The position numbers and the translations under genes were made by a program. Source: Vicugna vicugna (taxonomy: Eukaryota). Taken from it: DNA of 64,000 bases. The stretch lies in the NCBI GenBank assembly GCA_013265495.1, contig MU058714.1, forward strand, positions 62,001-126,000. Reading direction: 5' to 3'. The notes beneath the pieces were generated by a model. The model was not told where the DNA came from, did no database searches, and saw only the letters and a program-made list of their open reading frames with translations. Below are positions 11,966 through 24,461 of the stretch, piece by piece (position 1 is the first letter of the stretch; each line of letters starts with the position of its first letter).

Positions 11966-14684
11966 GGCAAGGCAGGACTGTCCCCTCACATTCAGGGCTT
12001 TCAGCCGCTCCGGCCTGAGCTGGAAGCTCCAAACCGGACGGTAACTCGGGGGGGAGGGTGCAGGTGGAGGGGACATCCAGCTTGTGTGTCTGCATTTCCT
12101 GACCTCATGCGGTTCCTCCACGGGCCCACTGGCTCCCAATCCCCTGGAGAATCCTCAGGAGGAGCCCTAGGCCTCCTGGGGTGCGTGAGGAAGGCACAGG
12201 GGCTCCCCCCTCCCCCTGAGCTGTGCAAACACGCTCTCTGGAGCTCCCCACTGGGCCACAGCCACTGTGACTTGGAAATTGGACAGCGCCAGGCCGCGCT
12301 AACCTCCCCGACTCCCCTCGTGAGGGCAGGGCGCTTCTCCATTAGACCTGGAGGCACAGCGCCACGGCCCATAAAAATGCTTTAATTTCTTTTAAAACCA
12401 GAAGAAATAAATGAACTTTTAGACCAAGGACAATGTTTCAATATATAACACTAAGATGTTCACCTCACACCAAGGCAGTCATAAAATACCACTTTAAATA
12501 CTTTTTTATGGAGGAAGGAGCCCAAGAAGGCAGGAGTGGCCAGGGCCCAGGAGTCCTAACGTGGCCCTTGTGAGCAGGCGGTGCGGGAGGAAGTGCGTGC
12601 AAGGCCCACCGGACCCCCACCAACCAGCCGGAGCCTGGAGAACACTGAAAACATACCGCATTTGCCAGGGCACCAAACTCACTGGCATGCAAACGCCAGC
12701 CACCCCTTCGGGATTGTTCCGGCCTTGGACTAGCGTTTTTCATGCTTCAGGGGCTGACAGCCTGGGCCAAGCTTCCCCGGGGACCGGCCAGCGGGGAGGC
12801 GGACCGGGAAGGCAAGCCTTCCTCCTGCCCCCGCCTCCACCAGCCCCTCCCTACCCAGGCGGTGTCACTGTGCTAACGCAGCTTTTTATTTTTTTGCACA
12901 GTTAGCCCAAGTTTCTCAGAGCCCGGCCTCATAGATAACATTTGCTAATTACAGCGTATTGATCCTGGCTGGGGGCGGGAGGAGGAGCCTGGGTCAGTGC
13001 CTGCTCCCTGACCCCGGGGCACAGGGTCCTGCCCAGGCTGCCCAGGCCTCAGAAAGCACTCTGGACCTGACCAGCCCTGGCCCTGGGTCTGACTCCTGGG
13101 TTGTGGGGGCTGGGGGGGGGCATGGGCATCTATCCCAAACCTACCCCTTCCCAGTCCTTTGCAACTCCCAACCACCATCCCCGCTTGTGTGGACTGGTGG
13201 CCCGCTGCCGGGAATCCGGTCTCTTCCTGTGGTCTCGGGGATAGTCACTGTGGAGCTGAGCTGAAGCCGAGAGGGGCCGAGTTCTAGCTCTGCCTTGAGT
13301 TTACTGTGTTTATCGTGTGGATTTGTGATTACATAGTATCACCTTCACAAGTCACCGAAGGGAGCTCCACGTTTCTCCACCTCTATTTACACCCTTCTCA
13401 GTTTTCCAGATTTGCTGCAAGAAGTGTAGGTGACTTTTTAAAGCAAACACCACTACCATTCCCATTGGCGAGAACGACAGCCCTGCGTTTGGGTGGATGG
13501 ATGGAAACGCGGGTGCATGAGCAGGGCCCCCATCTGGGGTGGGGGCGTCTGGAGCTAGACACGTGTTCCTGTCCCACTGCTGCCCGGGGGGAGCCCTCAG
13601 GGGCTGGGGCCACACGGTTCAGACCCTCAAATCGCTGGTGAAGCCTCTAGCTTCCTTCTAAGATAGGGTTCCAGATCCAGGTCCCCGTCCAGGGTATTTC
13701 CTGGTTTCAGGCCACCAAGAAGCCACCCTGGTTCCCACACATGACAAGCTCCTTCTTGGTCACCTGCCTAAGAATTACACCCCGTGGAACTGCCCCAGAA
13801 GCAGCCTCCCCGACTCTTGGCAAAGCCCCCCTCTGGCCCTCGTGCCCCCAGCTCTGTCACTCGTCCCGTCTGAGTCCCTCTGCTTCCCCCTCCCCCCACC
13901 CTCGGCAGCTTGTGCCCACCTTCCCAGGACCCCACCATCATCGCTTCTGTCTTTCCCCCAAATCCTCAGCATCACTACCCCCCCAGCGAACTCCCCTCCA
14001 CTGAACAATTCTTAGCACCCCTTCCTCGCCCGACGCCCCTCCCCCAGCCGCCAAGCCGATCTCCAGCACGGGGGGCAGATCTTACAGCAGAAGAATTTAA
14101 TTGCATGTCAAAATTAAATCTCTTTTGATGAAGAACAATTCAGCGACAGCTCTGCCTAATCAAATTAACAAAGTCTTTTTTGATTTTCAATTATCTTCTT
14201 CACGGGCACACTTTATCCAAGGCTCCCGGAGACGGCGCTGACAAGCCTCGAATTCACAATGAGGACCCCTCACCTGGACATGCTGACCGCGGCCCGCGGC
14301 CCCCGCCCCGCCTGGGAGGGAGCTGCGCGGCCCCCAGGGCTGCTCGGAGGCTCTGAGAACACCGCAAAGCCTTTCAGTGACGTCCAGCCCACGAGCCTGG
14401 GGCTGCTCTGAGCAGGGGGCCGCGAGGAGCTGCTCTGAGTGAGGCACGGGTGGGCCGGCACCCAGGGGAAGGAGGCTGGAACTCACTGAGCTGGGAATTT
14501 TAGGCAGTGACGGACCACAGCTGCCCGGCCAGCTTTCAACAGAACCAGGACCCCCGGGTTTGCCCACACACCCTCCAGGCACCCTTGCCACACTTTCTGC
14601 CCACCTCAATTAACACTCGTGTGTTTCAGCATCATTCTACGGGACCTACAACCATCAACGGTCCTGTCTGTCTCCGCCGTGGAC

Positions 14685-14980
14685 CAGCTCGGCCGGTTGG
14701 AGATGTAACATCAGCCATGTGTGCAACTTTACATTTTCCAGGAGACACGTTGCAAAGGTAAAATGAAACAGGTCAAATTCACGTTACTAATCTATTTTCT
14801 TCAACCCAGTATGTGCTAAACGGCACCATTTCATCACGTAAGCAACGTAAACTCTGATGAGACAGTTTAGGTGCTCCTCTTTGCGCTAAGTCTTTACAGT
14901 CCGGAGTGTATCCTCACTCCAGCACCCCGAATCCCCGCAGCTGCACTTGGGTGCCCAGTAGCCCCACAGTGCAGCTCTGC
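14685..14980 (+). mobile_element. MER33-like hAT-Charlie DNA transposon relic
   Basis: ACATTTTCCAGG...GTAAAATGAAACAGGTCAAATT...TTCAACCCAGTATG...CTAAGTCTTTACAGTCCGGAGTGTAT is collinear with the recalled MER33 consensus. Confidence 0.75.
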
Positions 14981-15039
14981 TGGGTGGTGCCTCCTGGGGG
15001 GCGGGCGGGGGGAGGCGCGTCTTGCGGCTTCCTGTTTCT

Positions 15040-15105
15040 CCTCACCCAGCACAGGGCGCGGCACCCAGCAGGGCTTCCTAAGCGTTGGCTGCATGAATAA
15101 ATGAA
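15040..15105 (+). mobile_element. L2 3' end
   Basis: CCAGCACAGGGCGCGGCACCCAGCAGG...TTGGCTGCATGAATAAATGAA is a typical L2 terminus. Confidence 0.65.
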
Positions 15106-16323
15106 CATCCTACACAGATTCGGCTCATGACCCAAGTAGGGCTAGGGGTGGACGCTGCTCCCCTCTTTTCCCATTTTCCAAACGCTGGGGGCCCCTCAGC
15201 ACCCGGGAGTCTCCGAGGCAGGTCTCACGGCCCCGGGTGGGAGGGAATCTCCAGATTTGCTCTCTTTCCTTGGAGCTTATCTGAACATGCAAATGGAGAA
15301 AGGAGCAAGGCTCCAAAGAGGCGCCGGATACATGAACCCAACCCCAATGTCACTGTCGCCACTAAGCACACTCACCACGTTCCGCGCACAGATCACGTCT
15401 CTCAAGTGCCCTGTTATCATCTTTACAGGTGAGCTGTCCAGTGGCAACACCCAACGCATCTTCCCCAAGGATCCACAAAGATCTCCTGCACCCACATGGG
15501 GACCTCACTGGGGTTCAGATATATTCCCTGGTGGCTTTGGACCCACCTTGCCACCAGATCTGGCTTCTCTGAGGCCACTGTGCTGCCTCAGTGACTGGAG
15601 CATCAGGGGCAAACCCTGAGCAAGCAGGCACTCAGATCTGCAGCCGACGGAAGGCAGCTGTCCCGATGACAGCCTCCCCCCCCAGACTTGCCAGTCTCCT
15701 TGGGCACCGGGGGGCTTTAGACCGCATAAGACTAGGGGCTCAGCCTTTCCTGCCTGTGTCCCACCAATCATGTTACAGAGCAGCCTGAAGGGAGGGGCAA
15801 AACAATTGTACTTTCCCTTGGGCACTCAAACTTGCCCTGCTTTGCCCGGTTCCAGACTAGCTTGCTGGGGAACCAAGCCCCGTGCGGCCACCAGCATCCC
15901 TTTCTCTTCGCCAAAGACCTTCCCAAATTGGCTCAGACCACAGTCGCACGTACACTTCCCAGGCTTCAGAGCTGGCATCCTTGCAAACGGCTTCCAAAGC
16001 CACTCACCCAGAGCAGACCCGGGCAGCCCCTGTCAGGAGTGTCTCCTTCAGGCTCCTGGAGACCTGACGCAGGGGCGCCTGAATCCTGCAACGGGTTCCT
16101 TGAGCATTTGCTGGTGGACGCCAGGCAGGAGGGAGCAGGGGAGCCCAGGTGAGGTGGTTTCAGAGGATTTCTGAGCTAGCATTGAGGTTTGAAGGTGCAC
16201 AGGACAGGATGGCTGATCTGAATGGCTGGTTTAAATTATCTGAATGATCCACTTGAACTGTTGGGACCGTATTTGGGGGGCTGTGTGAGCACGTGTCTAG
16301 ATTAGTCAATTTCTCTCTTTCAA

Positions 16324-16347
16324 ACACACACACACACACACACACAC
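16324..16347. repeat. (AC)12 microsatellite
   Basis: Seen directly. Confidence 0.95.
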
Positions 16348-18164
16348 TCTCACACTCAGTGCAGAATCAATACCAGTCCTCACCAGGGCCCTGGGCTCCA
16401 GTGTCTGATTACTGTTCATCCTGAGACCACTGCACCAGAGAGGATGGAGAACGGGGCCGTGTGCATGGACTAGGGGCAGAGGTACCAAGTTCCAGAGTCC
16501 CCGGGGGCCTCCAGCCCCCTCCTTCATCCGTCCCCCCTCTGAAGTCCAGTCCTCAGCTTCCTCCGCAGGACAGAGGTGGCCTAGAAGGCCGTCTCTGGCC
16601 GCGTGGCAGCCACCCTCCCCAAGTGACCTGGAAAGAGTGAGAGCACCCATCTCCCGCCCCGGCCGGCAGCCACGCGTCAGTAAAAAGTAGTTAACTGCAT
16701 GTGGCCTCCAGCGCACAGAGTTGTTTGATCAAAGATTCAGTCGCTTTTTCTCTCCCTTCCGGCACAAATTCGTGGGCTCTCTTGACAGAGAATTAATTGC
16801 TGCTGATGAAATTTCATCGCTGAAGGAGCACATTTCCCTGGAGGAATCCCACCCAGATGGCTGGTTCCTGCTTCAACTTGTAAAAAGTGCTCCTTGTGGA
16901 ATCAGAGCAAGGACGGCCCGGGGGTTCCTGGGCACTTTCCAGGCACCCCACCAGCAAAGCCCCAACTCGGGGTTTAGGATCGGACGGGTGCCCAGAGCCC
17001 TGGCTGGCTGGCTGCAGGGCTGGGCACCACCTGCTCCTCGTCCCTGGGGTAAGGGCTGCACACCAGCCCAGGGAAGGTCGCAGGAGGGCCTGGAGGCCTT
17101 GTGAGCCAGGCCTGGGGCTCCGTGACCAGGCTCTGTCCCAGGCTGGATGTGAGAGAGCCGTGCCCGGGGGTCAGAATGGCTTGAGGGCCCAGGAAGGGGG
17201 CCTCAAACGTGCTCGGGCACCACCGCGGTGGAGGCAGAGGCCAGAACTGGAGCTTGGGAAAGGCCCCGCTCCCAACTCATGGAGCCGGTTCCTGGTTCTT
17301 CCAAAACATTGAAAGGGTTCCCATCTGTGCCCAGACGCTCCACCTGCAGGCTCCTTCCTTTGTCACCCAGGCTAGGCATTTTTCAGAGAGAAGATCAGAA
17401 AGCTGTGTGGGGGGATTAAGTGCTCTGCTGCAGTCACAATGGCCCTGGGGGCCCGGCCCGCCATGTCCCCAGCAGGGAGGCAGGTGGCAGCTTCCCAGTG
17501 GCCTCTCTTGCCACGGGGCAGGAGAGGGGGCGTCCCAGGCCTCTGAGCCTCACAGGCAGCCTGTCCATAATCCCCACCACCCCCAGAACCCTCGAGCCGC
17601 CATCTCCTGCTGGGACCCCCTTCTCTGCACGGCAGGGAACAAGTTCCCCAACTCTTCCCACTGCGTCCCCCCAGCCCAGGTCATCTAATCCCTTTTTTTA
17701 GCACAGGGACCTCGCTGACCAGAGTCTCCTTTGCCTTCTGCAGTAAGCATTTCAGAGGGAGCCCCGGCCGTGGACCTGTTGCACACGCATGTGTGTGGTG
17801 TACCCCTCACCTGCAGGGGCAAGAGGAGGCGTGGAGGGACCTCCCTCAGCAGGGCCTGCGTGTTCCGAGCCTCCTCCGGGGATGAGGTCCGGATGCCCGA
17901 GGTGGGTGAGTGTCCACACCTGCCTGGCGACACGCATCCCTGGGGGTGGAGGGCACAGTCCCACCCCGAGCAGGACGTGCTGACCAGGACGCTCCACACG
18001 TCCCCACCTGGCCCATCTGAACTGCACGCCAGACACCCAGTTTGGAGGCAGCTCCCATCTTGGCCACCCGCCCCCTCTAGTCGTCTTCCCACCTTCCCGG
18101 ACGGAGGGAGGAGAGGGCGGGGACAGGAGGAGAGTAAGACTGAGCCCACCCAGCGGCTCCATCC

Positions 18165-18257
18165 GTGGGCCTGGGAGGGGCGCATGGTTTGCGTTTCTAG
18201 TAAGTTCCTGGTGGGGCTGATGCTGCTGGTCTGGGGACCACACTCTGGGAACCTCTG
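18165..18257. mobile_element. MER5A-like hAT-Charlie fragment
   Basis: TTTGCGTTTCTAGTAAGTTCCTGGTGGGGCTGATGCTGCTGGTCTGGGGACCACACTCTGGGAACCTCTG matches the recalled MER5A end. Confidence 0.75.
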
Positions 18258-19404
18258 TCCAAACTCATCAGTGTGGACTCATTTACTCAACAGCACAAGA
18301 GCAAACAGCCCTCAGCCCTGCAGGAGAGGAGACGCAGGGGGCAGGAGGCCACTCAGTACCCAAGAGCTGGAAACACCAGTACTCCGCGTTTCCGAAGCAG
18401 AGTGGCTTGCAGGTTAAGAGAAAGCGGTCTTGGAACAGGTGAGCCAGCGCTCCACTGACCAGCCGCCCCGGACAACGAGCTCCCGGTCTCCCCAGAGAAC
18501 CCATCGAGGATCTGGCGGCTGGAGGGAAGACTCTGCGTCAAGAAGAAGAATGAATCTAGAATGTTCTAAGTCTCGTTCAGCCTGCATGATTCAGTGCTGA
18601 CTCTCCACCCTGGAACGTGCCCGGGGTCCCTCCAACGCTGTGTCCACCTGCTCCCCCATCCTGCTCCCCGTGGACACGGCAACACGAGCAGGCCAGGTGG
18701 GCTGATTTAAGGGCTGCACCTAGCTTGGCTTTGCCATGAAGCATCTTCCAGGCCGGTGTTCTCACATCAGGGCCAGGAGATGGGTTGAAGCTTGTCTGGG
18801 GCTGAGCCTGCGCACAGGCTCCGGGAAGATGCTCTGCAGAGTCGGGCAAGCTGAGCGAGCACTCTCAGGGCTCCGCCCCTTCTAATTAGCCGGGAGGCTG
18901 GGTCAGGGCAGGGGTCCCGGTAGTGGGAACCCTTTGCCAGGAGGCACCTCCCATCAAGACCCTCAGAATGAGCCTCCGCAGTGACCTGCCTCTCATCCCG
19001 GGGCCCAGGGTGCTGGGGCTCCGAACCTCCTGGAACCCCAGCCCATCTCTGCTTCCTCCCTCTCCCTGCCCCTCCATCTCCACAGCTCCCAGTCCTCTAG
19101 GGTCTTCCTCAAAATCTCTCCTGCTCTCTCTTCAAACCCTCTCCTCCCCGCCAGCCCCGTCAGAGCCTGCACACCTCACATCCGGGGTCTGACCCCCTGG
19201 GGCAGGGACCCCACGCCTGCTCTTTTCTCAGAGGAGCTCTGACTTGTGTCCCTAAAGCTGCCCCTGCCCCCCCCCCGCCTCCCGTGCCTCCCGCTGCTGC
19301 AGGAGGGCATCCCAGCTCCAGGCCACCGAGGTCGCCCCCCCACCGCCCCCTTCTCAGCTCCCAGCACCTCTCACCTGACCCCCGATGACAAGCAATACCT
19401 GAGG

Positions 19405-19500
19405 GAGACCTGGGGCAGGTGGCCTGAGCCTCTGAGCCTCAGTTTCCTCATCTTAATAACAGCCGTTCTAATAAAACCTTCCTTGTGTTATTACTTAAAA
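19405..19500 (+). mobile_element. MIR fragment
   Basis: GACCTGGGGCAGGTGGCCTGAGCCTCTGAGCCTCAGTTTCCTCATCT MIR core. Confidence 0.7.
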
Positions 19501-19816
19501 ACGTCAAGTGCATGGCTTCTCTGTCCGACTAGAGCACAGCCACCACTTTAAATCGGGCTCGATGTGAACCGCATGGGGTGGGATGAATGTGGAAATGGGG
19601 CCCAGAGAGCAAGGTGTGCACGCATGTGTGGGTGCGTGTGTGTTGGACTGGGGAGGTGTGTGGAGACACCGTGGCCACTGGGCCCTGCATGTGTTTGAGG
19701 CAGCACACCTCCTTTCTGGGCCTTTCTAAAAGAGGCTGGACCGAAGCCCGCGGGGTCGCCCCCTTCCTGGATCCCCAGTGCACTTGGTAGGCAGCAAGAG
19801 GTTTACAAGAGGACAC

Positions 19817-19833
19817 GTGCTGCCACCTGGTGG
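19817..19833 (-). promoter_or_regulatory. Candidate CTCF site
   Basis: Minus strand reads CCACCAGGTGGCAGCAC, matching the CTCF core CCASYAGRKGGCRS. Motif match only. Confidence 0.5.
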
Positions 19834-21360
19834 AAGAAACTTGCATGCTCTGCTCCCCACCAGGGCCAACTGCTCCCCCGGCTTCCTGCCAACAACGCTT
19901 GCTGACAAGCACCAGGGTCCCAGCACCGCCGGGAACTTCATGCCACGGCGCGACTTTATTCTCCTGTAGCCTCGGCATCGTCGTCTGTGAAATGCAGCTA
20001 ATAACCGTGCCTCCGTGTGGGGCTGTTCCGAGTGTGGACTGGGATCACACACGAAACGCACTTAGTCGTCGCCGGGTCTGCAGTAAACACCCAACACGGG
20101 AAAACCACTGTTATTTTCTGAGACTTCGAGGACAGAAGCACAGAGATGTTCTCTAAGCCCCGTGCCTCTGTTGGCCTCCGGGTTTCTGTGTCCACGGGCT
20201 TCCTCCTCTTTCTTTTTTACTCCCCCTCTGTCTGACGTTTAACCTTCCCCATCGGTCATCACATCCCTTGTGAGAACAAGCAGGGAGCACGTGACCGGTA
20301 AGTCGAGGAGACTGAGGCTCACCTCGCTGGCATCTCCTCCTGCGGCGGTTACGTCGCCATTTCCCACGTGCAAACTCAGACAGAGAGGTGGCTCGGTACA
20401 CAGACTCCGCCCCCGCCAGGCTCGGCCGCTTCCCAGCTCTGCGATCCTGAGCAAATTTTCTCATCTCTGCGCGTCACGGACCTGTGAGAGTTAGCTCTCC
20501 GGGGCTGCTGAGGGCAGGCCTGGCGGATCGCAGGTGCACACAGTATTAGTCGTGTGTTTCTCCGTGGTCCCCGGGGCTGCCTGCCATCTCCCGTGGGCCC
20601 AGGGTCAGGCTGCCCATCCTACACAGCCACGCGACTTGCTTGTCAGTGAAACAGGCCCTGGCAGGGGGTCACCTCTGGTGGAAGTGTTCAGGACCAGCGT
20701 GCAGCTCATCCCACTCTCTTCCGGCAACCAGCAGTTGGTCACTGGATGAGCCTGGGTCCTGGGATGTCGTGACATCAATGCAGAACCACCCAGCTGACCC
20801 ACAATGCAGTGTGTCAGAAACAGCCCAGATCTATGATGGAACTGTCACCTGCACTGTTTGTTACTGAGCATAAGCCAGCTTATGTCGACTGATGCAGTGT
20901 GATTCCTCCGGAGCTTCTGAGGATGATTCCGTCTCATTACCTTAACCCAGGCTTGTCAAATACGAATAAATATAAGTTAATGAACGCACAGGTTTCCTTT
21001 CCCAAAACTTAGTACACCAAGCGAAAGTACCAGTGAAATTTGCAACTCAAAGTATTTTGTGAACTGTCACATGCTCAAGGGATGAAACAAAACAGAATTC
21101 CACAGTTTTTTTGTTTTGTTTTGTTTTTCTTAAAAGGCCATAAAACTTCTAGGGAGACTGAATTGAGCCCTGGTACCCACTGTGAGAACCCTGCAACAGC
21201 AGAGGCAAAAGCCTGGGGGCACCTCTTCTACCAATGGCCCCCTTCCACCCCCCACCTAATGTTTATCTGAAGACAAAACGGTCAGCAGCGACAACCCACC
21301 GGGGGGAGACACTGAGACAGAGGTGCGAGCCCCACGGACACTCTCTGTTTGCCGTGGTCG

Positions 21361-21378
21361 CTGGCGCCACCTCGTGGC
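21361..21378 (-). promoter_or_regulatory. Candidate CTCF site
   Basis: Minus strand reads GCCACGAGGTGGCGCCAG. Motif match only. Confidence 0.5.
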
Positions 21379-22851
21379 ACTGGCTGGCACTGCCAGGAGC
21401 CCATGGCTTCTGCTCCTGCCAGGGCCGAGCGCACTGCACGCGGCCATCACAGGCATCTGACTCCTCTGCCTGTGGCCCAGGGCACCGTAGGGAAAGGAGA
21501 AAAGGCTCAGGATGGAAAAATAGGAGTTGGCCCGAGGACAGCACCAGCCTGGGATGGAGAGCAGGTCACAATTTGGTCTCTAATGGGGGTCCCTTGGACA
21601 CCCCTGCAATGCAGAGGGGACCCCAAGGCCAAAGGCCTGCTGAGCCCACCTCCACCACCAGGATGGAGGGCACACAGGCTCGCCGAGTGCAGGTGGGGTT
21701 CGTGCGGTCACCTGGACCAGAGCCCGCTGTGATGCTCCCCCAGGCTCTCATGTTGGTGCTGGGCTGACAAGGGAGCGGCTGGCAGCCCGGGCTGGTCCTC
21801 TGCTGTCCCCACCAGGAGCCAGACATGGAGCATCACAGGCCTGCCCAGGAGGAGACACTTGGGACCATGTCCACAGCAGTAATGGATGGCTTCGCCTGAA
21901 AGGCCAGGTCACAGGGTCCTCCTCCTCCAAGTCACTGCACATCATGGTTCCAAACAGCGCAGCCCCAGCTCCTCAACCTGACGGGGCTCCCGGAGCTGCC
22001 GGCAGCTGCATCCCCCAGACGCCGGTGGAAGACAGTCCAGTGCAGGGCGCTGCTCGCTGAGCCAGGGGCCGATGGAGGGAGGGGGATGGGAGGAGAGACC
22101 CAACCCGGGACACAGGGCACCGGGGACTGGGGCACGAGAGTGGGAGCATGGGGGGGCACACGGGGAGGACTCGGGACGTCCTGAAGAAGACCGAGGCCGA
22201 GGACACCACCCCAGCACATCCTTAACAAGGGACAAAGTGTCCCTGCGAGGCCATGGCCGCCATTCACTGGGCTCTCAAAGCGATGTCTCTCCCGACCCTC
22301 GTGTCACCCCACGCAGGGGACCCAGGCTATGCGGACAGTCGGTGGGATGGGCTAGGGCTCGGTTTGTTTGTTTTACTTCCGATGCTCGTGGGCTGACACT
22401 GGACACTGCCGAGGGCTGGCACAGAGAGCCCTGGTGGTGTCCAGCTGAGGGGCGAGCATGCAGCAGCCTTGGTCTTGGGCAAACCACTCAGCTCTCAGCC
22501 TTAATGGGCCGCTTGCTTCTGAGGGACAGGACATTCCCTGCCTGGAAGGAACCAGACACGGCAACCCGCCTCCTCAGGGCTCCCACTTCCCAGGAACTTC
22601 TACGAGCCTGGTGTCCAGCTCGGGACTCCCCCGTCACATCTGTGAGTGGGTCACAGCACCCCCCACCCTTTTACAGGTGAGCTGCACACTGGGATCCACT
22701 CTCCTGGGCCCCCAGCCAAGAGCCCAGCCCCAGTGTGCAGCGAACAGGGCCCTTCACAACCGATAGTGACTTTACATCAGTTAGTCATGCTGGGCCCTGG
22801 CCCAAGGGCTGCCTGTGGGTTGACTCCCCCAGCCCCAAGGGGTGAGACCGC

Positions 22852-22945
22852 TGTTCTCCCATTTCACAGAGGGGGACACTGAGGCACAGGGCAGGAGAGC
22901 TTTGCCCAAGGTCAACAGCAGTAAGTGGCTGAGCTGGGACGAGGG
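22852..22945 (-). mobile_element. MIR fragment
   Basis: CCCATTTCACAGAGGGGGACACTGAGGCACAG...TTGCCCAAGGTCAACAGCAGTAAGTGGCTGAGCTGGGA. Confidence 0.8.
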
Positions 22946-23587
22946 CACAGGAGCTGGTGTCCCTCTAGGTGAGAAGAGGAAGACAAGGACCACCCCCCCT
23001 TCTGACTGTGGGCGTGGATACTGCGTCCAGACCTTCACTCGAGATCCTGCCAGCCCGGCGCTGGGGCTCAGCCGTGCGGAACCATCAGATTTGGGGTCCA
23101 GCGCACTAAAGAGGCAGCAGGAGCTTTGCCAGCCATGGGCTGCCTGCCCTAGCATCAGCAAGGCGATGCCAGACGCCCTGGGCTCTGGGGAGCGGGCTCA
23201 GAGCCCGGGCCCACAGCACCCGTGGAGAAACCAGCCAAGTCTCAGCCCGGGCTCAGGGAGGCCCCTTCCGCCCGAACCCGTCTGCCACCTCTGGGTACAG
23301 CCGCCGGCCAACCGGACCGCCGGTGGAAAGAAAAACCCGCTTTCTGAGGCTGGACTGGAAGGGGGCAGCCGTGGCATTTAGAAGCAGAGGCCAGGGCAGC
23401 ACCGTGCTAAGGACGACCCGCCCCAGGTGTCCGCGGTGCCGAGGCTGAGAAGTCTGAGCTACCAGAGCGATGCTAACACAGACAACACCCACCGTCAGTA
23501 CAGCTGGCCACGGCGGCGGCCACGGCCCAGAAAGGACCACAGCCATCTTCCACACGTGGACTCACGGACCGCAACGTGCGAGGTGGG

Positions 23588-24461
23588 TGTCTCGGGTTGA
23601 ACTGTGGCTCCTCCCAAAAGACATGCTAAGTTCCAGCCCCCGGTACCTGCAGCTGTGACGTTTCTTGGAAATAGAGTCTGCAGATGGAATCTGATTAAGA
23701 TGAGGTTGTCAGGGTGGTCCCTAACCCAGTAAGACAGGTGACTTTACAAGAAGAGGGGAAATGCCACATGAACACAGAGACACAGGGAGGAGGTGGCCAC
23801 TGATGACAGAGGCAGAGATCAGAGTGAGGCTGCAGCCGAGCAGGAACCCGTGGGGCTCTCCCAGGACAGACCCCTCCCTGCATCCTCTGCTGCAGCCCAT
23901 CTCGAAGGACCCAGATCATAGTATCTCATGCAGATTTCCTCAGTTTTTCTGATGCCAAAACCCACCACCAAATGGGAGAAGTTAACTACTTGATGATCAA
24001 GAGCGCGTGGCCCCCAGACCTTCTGACGCCCACAGGTGGACAGTTTTGACTGCCCTGGTCCTTCAGCATCAACCAGAGAATTGTGCACGAGCTGATCACC
24101 CGCCCTGAGACCCCCTCCCTCACCTGGCCTTTAAACAGGCTTTGCTGAAACCCTCCGGGGAGTTCGGGGTTTTCTTGGGCACAAGCCACCTCCTTGCTAG
24201 GCCCTGCAGTAAACTTTTCCCTGCTCCAAACTCCTGCCTCACAGCATGTCGGGCACACGAACTTCATTCAGTAACGATGCATCCTCGGGCCAAGGGCCGC
24301 CGGCAGCCACCAGGGAGGAGTCTGCCCAGGCTCAGAGGGAGCGTGGCCCCGGGACGCCGTGGTTTCAGGCTCCTGGTTTCCAGACTGGGAGAGAACAAAG
24401 TTCTGATGTTCAAGAGCCCCAGTTTGTGGGCCTTTGTTAAGGCAAGTGTGGGACACATACC
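23588..24461 (+). mobile_element. MLT1 (ERVL-MaLR) solo LTR, split by an ERV LTR insertion
   Basis: 5' part GGGTTGAACTGTGGCTCCTCCCAAAAGACATG...GACAGAGGCAGAGATCAGAGTGAGGC runs to 23830. It resumes at 24277 with ATGCATCCTCGGGCCAAGG...CCAGACTGGGAGAGAACAAAGTTCTG...CCCAGTTTGTGG. Confidence 0.85.
23831..24276 (+). mobile_element. ERV1-type solo LTR nested in MLT1
   Basis: Begins TG and ends GTAACG (degenerate CA). TTTAAA TATA-like box and AGTAAA polyA-like signal. Near-TSD AGGC/ATGC (4 bp). Homologous to the element starting at 30737. Confidence 0.75.

Noticed and set aside
20850..21195. AT-rich stretch ending GGTACCCACTGTGAGAACCCTG
   Set aside because: Probably a decayed hAT-Charlie remnant, but I could not assign a family or boundaries, so it is not counted as a feature or an enhancer.
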